From positions 6,636,001-6,700,000 of the forward strand of contig CM052816.1 of assembly GCA_028534125.1 (NCBI GenBank): DNA of 64,000 bases, in the 5' to 3' direction. Shown here piece after piece: positions 1 through 12,540 of this stretch (within the stretch, counting starts at the first letter, position 1; every line of letters starts with the position of its first letter). The notes beneath the pieces are model-generated. The model saw nothing but the letters and a program-made list of their open reading frames with translations. It had not been told where the DNA came from and did not search any database. Made by a program: the position numbers and the translations under genes. Source of the stretch: Lama glama (taxonomy: Eukaryota).

Positions 1-823
1 CTAATTGTGAAGCACGCTACAAAATCCAAATACAAGTACTATGGGACTATACAAAAAAGATGTTTGACCAAATCAAGGGGCAGTAGTTTTAATTAAGCCT
101 AGCACTAAAAAACAGAAAAAAAGTGTTAATTGAGGTTTTGTCTATACACATACATCCACATGCATATATATACATATAGGAAACTTATGAAATGAAAATT
201 CAAATGTCACAAGTCCTAGAGTTAGCTTATATAATAGCTCACACAAAATTAGTAGAATTAAAGGAGAAACTAAAACTAAATTGTTCAGTGTTACTCAGTA
301 GTGGACCTCATCATCTCCTCATGAATTCCTTTTGATCCCTGAATTTTAGAATAATGCTAGATGAGGCCAGAGAGCGAACATGATTAATAAAATATTGGTA
401 ATGTAACCCTTCTGCAATGAAATGGTGACTTTTAAGCTCTCTAGTAATTCACAAATTTAGTGAAGTGAAGCAATGACATTCAGACTGTGGTTTGCCAAAT
501 TAGTTTATCTGGCCCAAAGAGATTGCAGAGATTATTAATCTAAGACCCACGGACAAATTTCAAGAGGTACAAGAATCCCTTGAAATTGTATTGGTAATTC
601 TTAGTGTGTATTTTTTTTTCTTGTAGAGAAAACTTATAGCTTTGATTAGCTCCTTAATGTAGTCTATGACTTAAATTTTTATAATCACTACAGTGCCCTT
701 AACAATCTTACATTAAAACACTTTCTTAATGGATGAGTTATAGTTGAATGAAGGCACTGCAGGATAATTAAAAAGCATCATTATTCAAACATAATAGTCT
801 AGTATCTTTAACAATTAACTGTT

Positions 824-1022
824 TAGAGGTGTACTGGTGATGGCTTCAACTGGCATGCAAAAAGTTCATTGTTACATATTTAGGAAGTCTGAGAGGTTGC
901 TGTCAAATAATTGGTAGCTTGAAATCAGCCACAGTGGGAATATTTACACCATAGGAATTGGCAAACATTGCACATCAGGGCATTTTTTCTCCCCTAGAGA
1001 GTGGCTTATCAGCACACCGCTA
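824..1022 (+). mobile_element. hAT DNA transposon MITE, MER63-like
   Basis: Contains TTGGTAGCTTGAAATCAGCCACAGTGGGAATATTTACACC, with degenerate GTGTACTGG / CAGCACACC termini; an inverted related copy lies at ~41.0-41.2 kb. Confidence 0.65.
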
Positions 1023-1758
1023 ACTATCCATATGCTGGTAATCTTCCATCTTGCTGGAATATATGTGATTTGTTTGCAGAATAGATCCCCAATAGCACCG
1101 TTATAATTACAGACCACTTAATGCTGTGGTTAACTTACTGAAAAAATTAGTCAATGGATCAGATTTTGACCCAGAGGTACAAGATAAAATAAGCTAAAGC
1201 ATGCTAATTATGACATGAAAGCCTCATCAGCATCTTAAAATTAATGTAGAGTGGAAGAATTACCCTTGGATGCTGTCCATTAATATTAGGGCAGAAAATA
1301 GCAACAGATCTACTTATCTGCCCTATACATCTGTTTTTAAATATCCCACAGGATTCACTGTAAAAAGATTCAAATTTTCCACATTCTATTTGGCTGGAGA
1401 CCTCATTTTTTTAAACACATGAAAATGTACTATATAAGCACTGTAAGGAAGCTTGAGATTGTACAGGCTTACGCAAGCGAAGGTTCAGTGTTCATCTAAA
1501 CAATCTACTCCCTCCCTTTTTTTTATCCCTTTACATCATTAAATCACACGTGAATTCTACATTAGATATACATTTATGTTAGAGTTCGGAAATATTTTCT
1601 ACATAATGTCAATGCTTGAAAGTTGTAACTAATCTAAACATGGCCTAGAAATTGTTGAATATACCCAAATTATACTATTGACAGTGAAATATACACATTG
1701 TGAAAAATACATACCATGAATTTACTAGGCTAGAATAATTAGACTGAGCTGGTTAATA

Positions 1759-1789
1759 AATGAATGAATGAATGAATGAATGAATGAAT
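1759..1789 (+). repeat. (GAAT)n tetranucleotide microsatellite
   Basis: About 7 perfect GAAT units; may be an L2 tail remnant. Confidence 0.9.
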
Positions 1790-2679
1790 AAGACCATTCA
1801 AAAAGAAAAGCATTTCATTCCTTTCAAAAACATAAAATTACTTGTATGTTAAGAAGCCTACATTAATGCACTGAGAAGAACATTATGTTATAAACAGATA
1901 TTTTGACAATGGGTCTTAATCAGGTTTGGGTAAAAGCTTGCTTATTTGAATATTGTATCAATGGAAGGAATATCATAATCTCATGCTTCCCTTAATAAAC
2001 ATGGAAACTTTTAATATTGATCCTAACTTTATCACCAATTCTTTAACCATAGAAACTGAATGAGTTTTAATTCCTAACACTCATTTGTAATCTTAGCTGA
2101 GTAAGTTCTCACAGCCTCACTAAGAGGGATTATTGCTATCACTTCCCCTTTCCGGTTGACAAGATAAGACTTAACCTCACTTTACAGTTGGAGAAACAGA
2201 CAAGCACAAACCCTGGGACACACAAGAACAAGTGCTTACGTCTCACTCGTACATCCCCAGGTTGCTAGGCTGGCTCTACTCCAACCCAGACTTGGGTACA
2301 GACAAAGACACAGTGGCTCCCCGGAGTATGTGCTTCTCATGGCAACCAAGTCACACAGCCAATCCCAAAATTAGGGGGCCCAGAGATAAGCTCAAATCAT
2401 CCTGAGGCCACGGCCCCACCAAGGGCGGGGCGTATAACTGCCAGAGGGAATGAAATGCTGGGACTAAAGACACACATCTAGTAAGTAGCAGAGAGAGTTT
2501 AACCCAGAACCAGCTGACTCCAGTGCCTGAGTCCCCCCGATAAACTACACTGATTCCTCATGGGACTTTATTTTATTGAGGTCACTGAAGAAGCCTCTCA
2601 GTTTAACGTCATCCTCGAATATTACCTCTTCATTTACTTCCCGTTAAATCACTGATCCAGATGGGAGAGCAAACATGGA

Positions 2680-2900
2680 AGTCAAGAGCATGAACACTAC
2701 AGCCAGATGCCTGGGTTCAAATCCCAGCTGTAACATGATTAGCTGTATGACTTTGGGCAGCTTACCTAATCTCTCTCTGTGGCTCAGTTTCCCTGTCTAT
2801 AAAATGGACATATATCAGGGCAACGGACATGAGGATTAAATAGGCTAATATACAATTTTTAACACTCCTAGGACACTGTTTGACCCCTAGGAAATGCTAT
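2680..2900 (+). mobile_element. MIR SINE
   Basis: CCTGGGTTCAAATCCCAGCT...AGCTGTATGACTTTGGGCAG...CTCAGTTTCCCTGTCTATAAAATGG core. Confidence 0.85.
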
Positions 2901-3509
2901 AATAAGTGTGAGAAAATGATACATAGGGATGGGAGTATTTGTTCAAGAAGATATATTTTTAATATCATTTCATTTTGTTTACACTTTTTAGAGACTGCTA
3001 GTCTCTTTGACAGCAACCAAAGGTAAGATGATTTAAATGAACTCCACAACAAGAAATGTGTCAGGCGTTTATTTTTTTGTAGTCATTCCCATCAGATAAA
3101 CAAGCTGCCCAAGATTTCATCACCAATTGCTAAGATTTCATCAATAATGAAGGCACAAATATGTAGTAAAGATTGTTTCTCTGTTCCTTGAAAGATTAAT
3201 CAATATTATGATAGGACAGTCAGCAAAGGCACAAAGCACCCAGGATGCTAAGGACCGCCATGCATATTAATGGTTTCTGAAGGCCTTCGGCCTGTCTTCA
3301 TCTGGGGAGTTAAACGTCTGATTTTTGGCTATTGGAATTAGAAGACAGGGTTAAGGATCTAACTACTGTGATTATTCTAGCATAAACACCAAGCTCAGAG
3401 ATGACTAACAAGGAGACAAGCATCTGTCATGTTATTTCCAGTATATGTAGAAATAGAGGTTTAACAGCATCCTTGAACCTCAGTGTTAAATTCACATCAT
3501 ATACGGCTG

Positions 3510-3720
3510 TTTTATTGAGCACTTACTAGGAGGTAAATACTGGGCCATGTGCTTGATATCTTCATCAAGTAAACCTTATAACAATCCCCATTTGACAGAT
3601 GAGATAACTAAGGCTTGAAGGAGATAACAGAGCTGCCATTCAGACAAACAAATAAGTGAAAGGGTCTGGATTCAAAGGCAGGAAGTCTGATCTGGAAACT
3701 GGTATTAACAGCTATACACC
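3510..3720 (-). mobile_element. MIR SINE
   Basis: CCCCATTTGACAGATGAGATAACTAAGGCT, the reverse MIR core. Confidence 0.75.
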
Positions 3721-3877
3721 TATACTCTGTTCAGTCCCCCTTCCCAGTAAACACTAAATACATACCAAGTGGCAGACACTGAGCTAGATCTAAAAACACA
3801 GAGAACAAATAACAAGTAAGTTCTTATCCTCAAACTACTGGATGAGTGATTATTCTAATTTACTGACTGAAAGGAAT

Positions 3878-4090
3878 TTTTTAAATTTTATTCAAGTGTA
3901 GTTGATTTCAAATGATATTTTAGGTGTACAGTAAAGTCATTCAGTTATACATATACATACATACATATATATTTTTTTTTCTTTCAGATATTTTTCCATC
4001 ATATGTTATTACAAGAAATTGAATACAGTTATCTGTGCTATACAGTGGGCCTTGTTGTTTATCCATTTCATATACAGTAATGTGTTTCTA
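3878..4090 (-). mobile_element. L1 3' end fragment
   Basis: T-rich start followed by AAGTGTAGTTGATT...GGTGTACAG...TGTGCTATACAGT, as in the other L1 3' UTRs in this window. Confidence 0.8.
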
Positions 4091-4239
4091 CTTTTTTTTT
4101 CTATATGCATTCTTAACTCTGACCCTGACTGAATAGAGACATGTAGCCTCTTTTAAACTCCTATATAACTTACAAAATTTATAGAAATTTAGAAAATGGA
4201 ACATTCAAGATCATCTGGCCCAATATTTTTCTCATATAT

Positions 4240-4480
4240 CAATAATATTTATTGAGACTTTTCCAGCTACTATACTAAGAACTTTTTATTTATCATCTGA
4301 TTTAATCTTCTCAAGAATCCTAACAGATGAATGTAATTACAATCCTCATTCCATAGAAGAAAAACACATTTAACAGAGAAGTAACTTACCCCTAGTTAAA
4401 CAGCTAATAACTGTTGAAGATGAGGTTTAACTCAGTTCCAAGTTGAGACGTTCAGCTCTGAGCTACAAATCTATGCCACT
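4240..4480 (-). mobile_element. MIR SINE
   Basis: ATATTTATTGAG...ATTTAATCTTCTCAAGAATCCT...AAGTAACTTACCC, a degenerate reverse MIR. Confidence 0.65.
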
Positions 4481-4964
4481 TGTCAAAAGCACAAAAAAGA
4501 AAAGTGGCTTGTCTACAATGAAACAGTGAGTGATAGTGGTTGTTATCAAGGCGGATCTCCCCTCACTCCAGCCCATGGCTCCTCCCATATTTCACTATAT
4601 TTGAATAAATGGGGAGAACCTACAGCCTGGATAATCTAGAAAACAAAGCATACTTAAAAAGCCTAACTCTTAAACCCATAGTCTTAGTCTTTGCACCCCA
4701 TTAAAGAAGATTTCATCAACAGATGTATGTCTATTTGATTAGCTATAAAATTAGTTTGTATGCCCTATATACAGATCAATTCTTGACAGAAGGCTATAGC
4801 TTTAAAACATGCCTAGGTAAGTGTTACATGACTCACATTAAGAGTTAAAAAAAAAAAAAGATTCCAAATCACACTTTGACTCAAACTGAAGAAATGTCTA
4901 AGAATCTAGATTTTTAATCTGTCCCCTTTAATTTTTACTTACTGGATCTGTCATTGCATTGCAG

Positions 4965-5395
4965 TGTAAAATGAAACAAAAATTGCACCAGACACTTGTT
5001 AAAAATGGCAAGGAAGACTTTATTCAAGACTGCTGTAATAAGTGAGAAAGGCTACTGCAACAGAGAGGAGAGACTAAAATCAACTCAAATACAAGAGGAT
5101 CATGTGGAGATTTATGGACAATGGTCAGTGTGAAGAAGTGGACGTTAACTTACTGATAGGAACATGGTTAGATATCAAGAGTGAGGAAGAGGAGGAGGAA
5201 CTTGATTAGATAAAGAAGACAGAGAAAAAGCTGGATTGGGTATCAATGGTAAGAAGGATGATCTATAAACTGCATTAGCAGGATTCTTTGCTACAACCAG
5301 ACTCAGACAAAGATGGGGGCCAAGGAGATGCATCATCAAAAAGAGGGCTCAGAGGAGCCTGACAAAAGTTTGGCCAAGGAGAAACTCCTTGTCGA
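4965..5395 (-). mobile_element. ERV1-class solo LTR (MER67-like, tentative)
   Basis: Reverse AATAAA (GACTTTATTC) near one end; GAGGGCTCAGAGGAGCCTGACAAAAGTTTGGCCAAG motif; about 430 bp. Confidence 0.6.
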
Positions 5396-5549
5396 TGGTT
5401 TGGGGAGTTGAGAATAGCAATAGGAGGACCCTGTGGCAGACAGAGAAACTTAACTTCCCAAGTATTACATAGCTCTGAGCCCTGGAATATGATGCTTAGA
5501 AAAGTTGTGACTTGCCTAAAATTTTCCCATCCATCTACTTGAAAGAGAA

Positions 5550-5999
5550 AGACAGTGAGTGAGTGATTTATGATAAGAAATTGGTTCATATGATTATGAA
5601 AGCGGAGAAGACCTACGATCTGTAGTAAACAAGGTGGAGGCCCAGGAGAGCTGGAAGTGTAATCATAGAGTCTGCGTCTCAAAATCTGACAACCAGGAGA
5701 GCCAGGCCCATGGTATCACTTCCAGTCCAAGAGCAGAAGACCAAGTGGTCCAGCTCAATAAGTCAAGCAGGCAAAATTCCCTCTTACTTAGCCTTTCTGT
5801 TCTATTCTGGTCTTCAGAAGATTGGGTAAGACCCACTCGCATTAGAGAGGGTGATTTGCTTTACTCAGTCTACTAATTCAAATGCGTTTAAATTTTAATT
5901 TCATCCTCAAACACCCTCACTGACACACCAAGAATAATGTCTGATCAGATGTTTGGGCCCCCTATGACCCAAACAAACTGACATAACATTAAACCATCG
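5550..5999 (-). mobile_element. MLT2 (ERVL) LTR
   Basis: Reverse complement of the MLT2 start: TTTGCTTTACTCAGTCTACTAATTCAAATG...AAACACCCTCACTGACACACCAAGAATAATG...TTAAACCATC. Confidence 0.85.
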
Positions 6000-6324
6000 T
6001 AAGACTCATGCATACTTTCACACAATCACTTCTGTAGAGCCTGGAAATTATTCTCTAGTAGTTTCATTTTTTCTTATGGATTAAGTATTTTTCATGTTTA
6101 CAATGACTAGTGTCCCACCTCTACCTCACCCCCTGACACAGTCATAGAAACACCTTCCCATGTCTAGGCCTTGAATTTCTACCTCAAAAGATTATTTCTT
6201 TTTTAAATTACAAAAACTTGTACATTAATAACACTTGTGAATTAGTTTTTTCCTAATGGAAAAAATAAAATTATTACAAAAAAGGAAATCATTTCTGTAT
6301 GTTAGATTAAGTATAGCTCTGCCT

Positions 6325-6510
6325 AGGTCTGTGGTCCTCTGTGTCTGGAGACATTTTTATTTTCCACAAATAGGGGGCTGCTTCTGACACCTGGTGAGTT
6401 GAGGTTAGGGATGCTGTTCACCATCCCACAATGCCCGAGCCTCCCCCTCCAACAACAACAAAACATTACTGGACCCAAATGTCAACAGTGCTGAGGTTGA
6501 GAAACTCTTG
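6325..6510 (+). mobile_element. MER20 hAT-Charlie MITE
   Basis: GTCTGGAGACATTTTT...GGGATGCTG...CCCAAATGTCAACAGTGCTGAGGTTGAGAAAC. Confidence 0.85.
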
Positions 6511-6839
6511 CCTAAAGGAAACAGAACTGGACCCTTTAGAATAGAACTTTGTTTGTTGGAAAAGAATATCCAAACTAGAAGGGAACTTAAAGGGTATAAT
6601 CCAACTGCCTCTCTTTGTTGACAAGAAAACCAAGATTTAAGACTTAAGCAAAGTGCCTGAGGTGCTACAGCTGGTCATCATAGAGGAAGGACCAGAACCC
6701 TATCTCTAATGACACCAGTGGAAGACAGGTTCTGGTAACTCTACCCATAAAATAGAAATCTGGTTAAAGTCCTGAATTCTGCTTTAGTAATTTCAAGAGA
6801 CAAATAATTTAGAATCATACAGTTGTAAAATCTGTATAG

Positions 6840-7255
6840 TGCTGGGCAGCCTGCAGTCTTCTCCATCTCTTGGTACTCATGTCCCATGGAATCCCTTCCC
6901 CTTGAGTGTGGGCGGGACTTCACTGACTTGCTTCTGACAAATAGAATATGGCAGAAATGGCAGGATGTCACTTCTGAGATCAGGTTACAAAAAGACTCTG
7001 GCCTCTTTCCTGGCATGTCCTCCCTCTCTCCCAGCTAGCTTTCTCTGGAGAAGCCAGCTGCCAGCAAGTTTGCAAGCAGATCCTCTCCTAGTCAAGCCCA
7101 GAAGGGACAGCAGGTCTGTGGACACTGTTGCCTCGTGAGGAATCCTCAGCCAGGGGTACTCAGCTAAGCTGCACCCAGATTCCTGACCCACAGAAACTGT
7201 AGATAATAGAGATGCATTTTTTAAGCCACCAGGTCTTGTAGCCATTTGTTATATT
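6840..7255 (+). mobile_element. MLT1 (MaLR) LTR
   Basis: CCCCTTGAGTGTGGGCGGGAC...AATAGAATATGGCAGAA...GATGTCACTTCTGAGAT...CCCAGATTCCTGACCCACAGAAACTGT. Confidence 0.85.
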
Positions 7256-7879
7256 ATTACAGTAAAAAAAAAAAAAGTTAAAAAAAGTAAAAATCTTGAA
7301 ATAGTTTAAGAGGAGAATAATTCAAGTGTTAGCAGAGATTTACAACCCAGGAATTTTCAGATCATCTTGGGACTATCTTACTGAACTGAATTTAATTGAA
7401 TATAATGAGACTACCATTATAGAATTAACTCAAATATCATTCTCCTTCTGGGCATATTTGTTGCCAATGAAACAATTTTAATGTGTATGTTTTTAAATCT
7501 CTGGGCATAACAGGAAAAAAAAAGGAAATAAAATCTGTGTTTGCCTGTAATTCCCATTGTGTTTATTTCTGCACTAGAAGAAGCTGTCACTTACAAAATG
7601 AAATAAGTCAATAGCTAGGTAGTTCTATTTTCACTCATAGTTAATGGAGTCACAGAGGAAATACTGAAAACTCCCTGGAGATACTAAAAAAATACTTTAC
7701 TACCCCCAAGTGGACAAATAAGTTATTTTTACAGGAATAAAATGTAAAATTGGCACTGTCTTCCAAAAACAACAACAGAAAAGTGACATGCAATGATTAT
7801 ACATCAGAATCAGAATCTCAGAGCTGGTTAGGACTTTAAAATTCAGAACTTTAAAATTCAGAACCAAGAATTAGTGAGA

Positions 7880-8220
7880 TATTTGAATTCCTTCTACAAT
7901 TTATCTTATGTTTGTACATTTTTTGTTACATAAGTTTGCCGCCTACCAAGGAAGCTCATTCTCTTTGCAGACAGCTCCATTTAATTATTCTAGTAAGTCT
8001 TCATTTCCCTTGAGAACTGTCTGCAAACCATGCAAGATCTCTCTTGTCGCCTACACTATTCTTAATGGTCTTAGTAATTTCTGGAAAAAGATGCTAGAAC
8101 TCCCCAGAAAGCATATTCAAATATTGCAGAGAATTGGATAGACCCCTTCTGGGGTCTTACCCTAAAAACCCTTCCAAATATTGTTTTCTTTCTGAAAATG
8201 ACTCAACCATTCCTAACAAA
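7880..8220 (-). mobile_element. CR1/L3 LINE fragment
   Basis: CTACCAAGGAAGCTCATTCTCTTTGCAGACAGCTC and CCCCAGAAAGCATATTCAAATATTGCAG resemble reverse L3. Confidence 0.5.
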
Positions 8221-8231
8221 CAAAGAGCCCC

Positions 8232-8578
8232 TGTTAAAAAAAAAAAGTTAATAAACAGAAATCTTAATTAAATGAGTTGGGATACCAGAAGGGGGAGCTC
8301 TCATGCCCTGCAACGGTAGAAGAGCCCTACAGGAAGAAGAAAGACTCCTTTCCTGGCAAGGACTCAGCGAATGAAAAGCCATGGATTCTTTGTTAACTAT
8401 AGCCTTCCCAAATTCCTTTTCCCCTCTATAAAAGCATCCTCCTTTCTTTGCTGTGTGGGGACTTGCATGTGTCTTGCCATGGTGGCTGACCATTTAGGAA
8501 CTGCAATTCTCTGCTGATCCTGGATAAATCCATCTTGACTACAGAAATATCCAGCAGTCTATTTGTTTTAGGTCATCA
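8232..8578 (+). repeat. 5' LTR of provirus
   Basis: TG...CA termini; TATAAAA at 8427-8433; aligns by eye with 12223-12531. Confidence 0.9.
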
Positions 8579-9125
8579 TTTTGATGACCCATACATGGAC
8601 CAGAAAAGATCCCCAAAGGCTCTGTTGCTGGTGAGCAAACAGGTGCAGTGCCCAAAACTGAACCCACTGAGCTCATTGCTTTCTTGCAGATCCCTGGCAT
8701 TTAAAGGTACATCTTTCTCCTGGATCCAAGTTCACACCCTCTTGCATTTGAGGCTTCCCAGGCTTTATCAGGAGTCTATTTTAAGGTTTCACTTTTCTAG
8801 TTAAGGCCTTCTTCTGTATGCAAGTATTCATCTAATACTTCAGTTTGATTTTCAGATCAGACTGTTTCAACAGAAGCTGGCTAAGATGCTATTGGCCCAT
8901 TCCTTCAGGAACAAGGGCTGCTTCACTGAAATGGTGCCAGTTCAGCCACTGGCCCATTCCTTTGGAGTAGAGGCCGTCTGGGACTAAGCTGTCTTCTTAG
9001 ACCTAGCCAGTGTTAGGCGTGCAGGCGGTCTGGGTGGCAAGCTGTTTGAATTGAGCTGTTTGAAGAGTAAGCTGTTTAAACTATTTGAAAATTGTACTTT
9101 TACTCTAGAGAAAAACCTCTAATAA

Positions 9126-10570
9126 ATGTGATCCCAGTTATCTAAATATTTTGAGGGTGTCCCCTGCGAGGACTCCAGTAGATTTTATGTTGAAAAACCA
9201 CATTCCTTCCTCTTGTGCATTTCTAACTAAATGGACCAACCTGACCAAAGGTAACTCAGAATACCAAAGGCCATTAGGGGGAATTTTGAGATCCCCAAAC
9301 CTAATTTTCTTCAAACTGAATTGAATTACAACAGCTTAAAAATTTCCAGAACTGAATGGAATGCCTATTTCAATTGGCATTTTGAGGCTTTCCAACCTTA
9401 TCAGGAGTCTAACATTGTCTATAAAATAAGGTTTTAGATTAACTGAGGCAAACAAATGATTAAAGATAGAGCCAATGGCTTCTAAGCCTCAGTCTCGTCT
9501 TCTTTGACCTCTTTGTCTCTCACTTGCCCCAGGTGCCATCTTGTCTCTCTCCCTCAGCTCAGCATGATCAGACTCCACCTCTGGTTCTATCTTTCCCTTT
9601 CCCTTCTATACCACCTACGTCTCCTCTGTGACCTCAGTTCCCCCATACTAGTTTTCTTGCTGAACTTCCCCTTTCCACTGAAACTCTCTCTACTCCCTTT
9701 TCCTCTGACCACATCAAAACCTCTCCCTTTAAAAGTAAGCTTTCTAAGGATCCACAGGCTAAACCCTTAATTTCTTACATTACCTACACTAAAGCTGAGT
9801 TGCAAGTCATAGTCAAAGGTTTCCTGAAGGCAAAAAAAAAAAAAAAAAAGACCCTCAGAGGTTGGCTGAGGGATTTATTACAGTCATTTAAACTTATCAA
9901 CATGGTTTCTCTGGCTTATATCTGTCAGCTCATATGCTTGTGGGTAAAATCCAGGCCCAGCACTGGACAAAAACTGCTTATTGTGAAAATCCTAAAAGGT
10001 CTCTAGAATTACAGCAGGGAAAGCAGCCTGCTAACGTACTATATGATCAGGTTTAGGCAATCACTAGGCAACTTCATTGAGCAATTCCTAGGGCTTTTCC
10101 AAAGCCTGTGCATCAGAACAAAACCAGGTTTGCACATAAAAATCTAATAAACCAGTTCATGATTACTGCAATTGAGTTTAGATTATTTTTAAAGAAAATT
10201 CTAGTCCTCCTTCAGATGCTGACTTCATATTCTGGTAGCTTTTGACTCTTTATTAATAAACTGAACTGGAACCTTTCCCTTCTAGTGAAACAGACCAGGA
10301 TGAAATGACAAAGTATGTCCATCCCAGACTCAGTGAATCTCGCAAACCAGCTCTCTCACACTGTTGATGAGTCACCTCAAAGGAAGACCACCAAAATACT
10401 TAATCTTCAGCTCCAGTAAATAAAGCTTCTAAACAAAAACAAAACCATCCAATTTCTGGTATTATTGCAAAGATCCAAGACACTGGAAATGAGATGTTAC
10501 AAATTTAAGCACTTCAGTTGTGTTTAGCCCTCTAACCAGCCTCTCCAATGTCCTCCCAATTCTCAGTGAT
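9126..10570 (+). pseudogene. gag: ERV gag remnant
   Basis: MA-like FMLKNHIPSSCAFLTKWTNLTKG segment; Pro/Ser-rich spacer; degenerate CCHC knuckle (W)YYCKDPRHWK*D at ~10454-10500; many stops and frameshifts. Confidence 0.8.
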
Positions 10571-10960
10571 GGGGCCCCAAGGAACTACAGGGGCTGTTTC
10601 CATTCCTCCCTCTTAATCAGCTTGAGAAACGTTTTTTCAGTTTGAGGAGGAATATCTTCCCATCCTAATTGGCACCAGAGCCGCACTCTTGGTGCTCTAC
10701 CCAACTGCTATAAATCCTCTGCTTGGAGCACTCAAACAGGTAAAATAATGGGGATCTCTAATGAACCTCGAGAAGTTTCTGTCTCTGAACCTATTCCTCT
10801 TTGTTTAGTCCCTCTGAGAGAGATACATGCTTCTCTCCTTAGTTCCTCCACCCCTATCCATTTATTCATCCAAGACTTCTTAGAGACATATCATGCCCAA
10901 ATTCTTACTCACAAAAGGGGGAAATAATTCTAGAAGTTGACAGTAGTCACCAAAGTAACA
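10571..10960 (+). pseudogene. pro: ERV protease remnant
   Basis: LIGTRA (degenerate L-D-T-G-A) at ~10665-10682 and IHLFIQDFL (degenerate NLLGRD-type motif) at ~10856-10882. Confidence 0.65.
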
Positions 10961-11149
10961 AACCAGGTGAGTTAAATGACCCTTTGGCATCTTTTATGAG
11001 TTCTGCTTCTGATGGCCCTAGAGCTGATTATAGAAACACTGTTCGTCCCTACTGAGTCAGCTAATACCTTCATCACAGGCAAAAGCTCCAACTGATGTGC
11101 TAAATTCACCATGCGCCCCCCATCAAGATTCAAGCAGATCTCACAAATC

Positions 11150-11745
11150 CTCTCCCCATAATTAATCAATACCCTATAAGAGGCCCTTGAAGGCATAAAG
11201 CCCATAACAGAATGTTACCAAGCACAAGGCCTCAATATTCCTGTGCGAGTCCCTGTACCACTCCCATTTTACTGGTGAGAAAACCTAAGGGCAGAGGGTG
11301 GAGATTTGCTCAGGACCGCCACACTATAAACAACATGGTTAGTCCTCAACACCTGGCTGTTCCTAGCCCTCATACATTACTGACATGCATTCCCACTGAA
11401 AGTAAATCCTTTACCATAACTGACTTCGGTTGTTCATTCTTTAGTACTCCAGTTGTTGAAGCTAGCAAATACCTTTTTGCCTTAACTTGGGAAGAAAAAC
11501 TACTCACTTGAACAGTAATGCATTGGGGTTTTACTGAGAGCCCTTCTTATTTCTCACAAATCCTGAAGGCTGATCTAGATGATATGAAGCTCCCTCGAGG
11601 TCCTACAGTGCTGCAATATGTGGATGATTTGCTTCGCTCTCCTCCTCAAGCCTTCTCACAGGAAGACAGCACCCACTTCCTAGAGCTTTTCACCCTAAAG
11701 AAACATCAAGTTATCACAGAAAAACTGGAGTTTGCCCAAATCCAG
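11150..11745 (+). pseudogene. pol: ERV reverse transcriptase remnant
   Basis: ORFs 11212-11511 (SPCTTPILLVRKPKGRGWRFAQD) and 11518-11751 (GFTESP...LQYVDDLL; YVDD at 11617-11628). Confidence 0.93.
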
Positions 11746-11850
11746 GACTGACCCCTCTCCAGTACTGCTAACCAATCCTTGCGTAGCCAAACTCTAGGGA
11801 ACAGACTCTCGGATTCACACCTAAAGAAAGCACTGAACCCTGACTGGACC
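11746..11850 (+). pseudogene. pol: ERV integrase C-terminal remnant
   Basis: VLLTNPCVAKL*GTDS(R)I...HLKKA, the typical end of gamma-type integrase. Confidence 0.75.
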
Positions 11851-12222
11851 TCCACGTTAACCTGGTGACCTGAAAGTAAACATTTCCAGAATGGAAGCAG
11901 ACATCTGATGAGACAATTTTCCCAAGACACCCAGCCTGCTAGAAGTCTGTTGCCAAACCTTTGATGATGACTTAATGCTTCAGGTGATCTCTAATGTCTA
12001 TGATCTTAATATGGACTTAAAAAAAGGTGACTTAGAGCTCTCCCTCCCACCCTGACTTGCTACTCACATATGACCTCAGTAGCTTTCTGATCAGTGCACT
12101 TTCCCTCCAACACAAGACACTACACCAAGGAAGGTTTCTTCCTAGCACTGAGGGACAAAAAGCCACTGAAACTGAAAACCTGACTCTTGATCAGACAAAG
12201 ACCTTAATCAAAAGAGGGGAGA

Positions 12223-12540
12223 TGTAAAACATTAGTAAACAGAAACCTAATTAAATAGAGTTGGGAGACCAGAAGGGGGAGTTCTCATGTCCTGTGATGA
12301 CAGCAGAAACCAACAGGAAGCAGACAGACCCCTTTTCTTTCCAGGCAACAACTCAGCCAGTGAAAAGCCATGGACTCCTTGTTTAGTATATAGCCCTGCC
12401 AGCCTCCTCCTCTCCTTCCTTCCCTTGCTGTGTGGAGGCTTGTATGTGGCTCACCATGGTTACAGACCTCAAATTTTGATTCTCTGCTGATCTCAAATAA
12501 ACCTATCTTGGCTGCAGAAAAAAATCTAGCATGTTGTTTC
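12223..12540 (+). repeat. 3' LTR of provirus (3' terminus eroded)
   Basis: Starts with TG right after the PPT; AATAAA at 12496-12501; homologous to the 5' LTR. Confidence 0.9.

Larger units (their letters stand above)
8232..12540 (+). mobile_element. Defective ERV1 (gamma-like) provirus with two LTRs, internally deleted
   Basis: Homologous LTRs at 8232-8578 and 12223-~12540; PBS-like sequence after the 5' LTR; polypurine tract AAAAGAGGGGAGA at 12210-12222; gag/pro/RT/IN remnants between the LTRs. Confidence 0.95.

Noticed and set aside
5275..5682. 135-aa minus-strand ORF
   Set aside because: It spans two unrelated LTR fragments and has no protein-like features.
7833..7864. 15-bp tandem duplication ACTTTAAAATTCAGA
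   Set aside because: Simple slippage duplication with no further structure; the same applies to the ~22-bp duplication at 30701-30745.
8885..9085. Short repeats (TGGCCCATTCCTT x2, AGCTGTTT x3) that superficially resemble an array
   Set aside because: They are irregular repeats within the ERV leader; they are not CRISPR-like, and the DNA is eukaryotic.
9832..9849. Poly(A) run within gag
   Set aside because: No TSD or retrocopy body is visible; most likely a homopolymer expansion.
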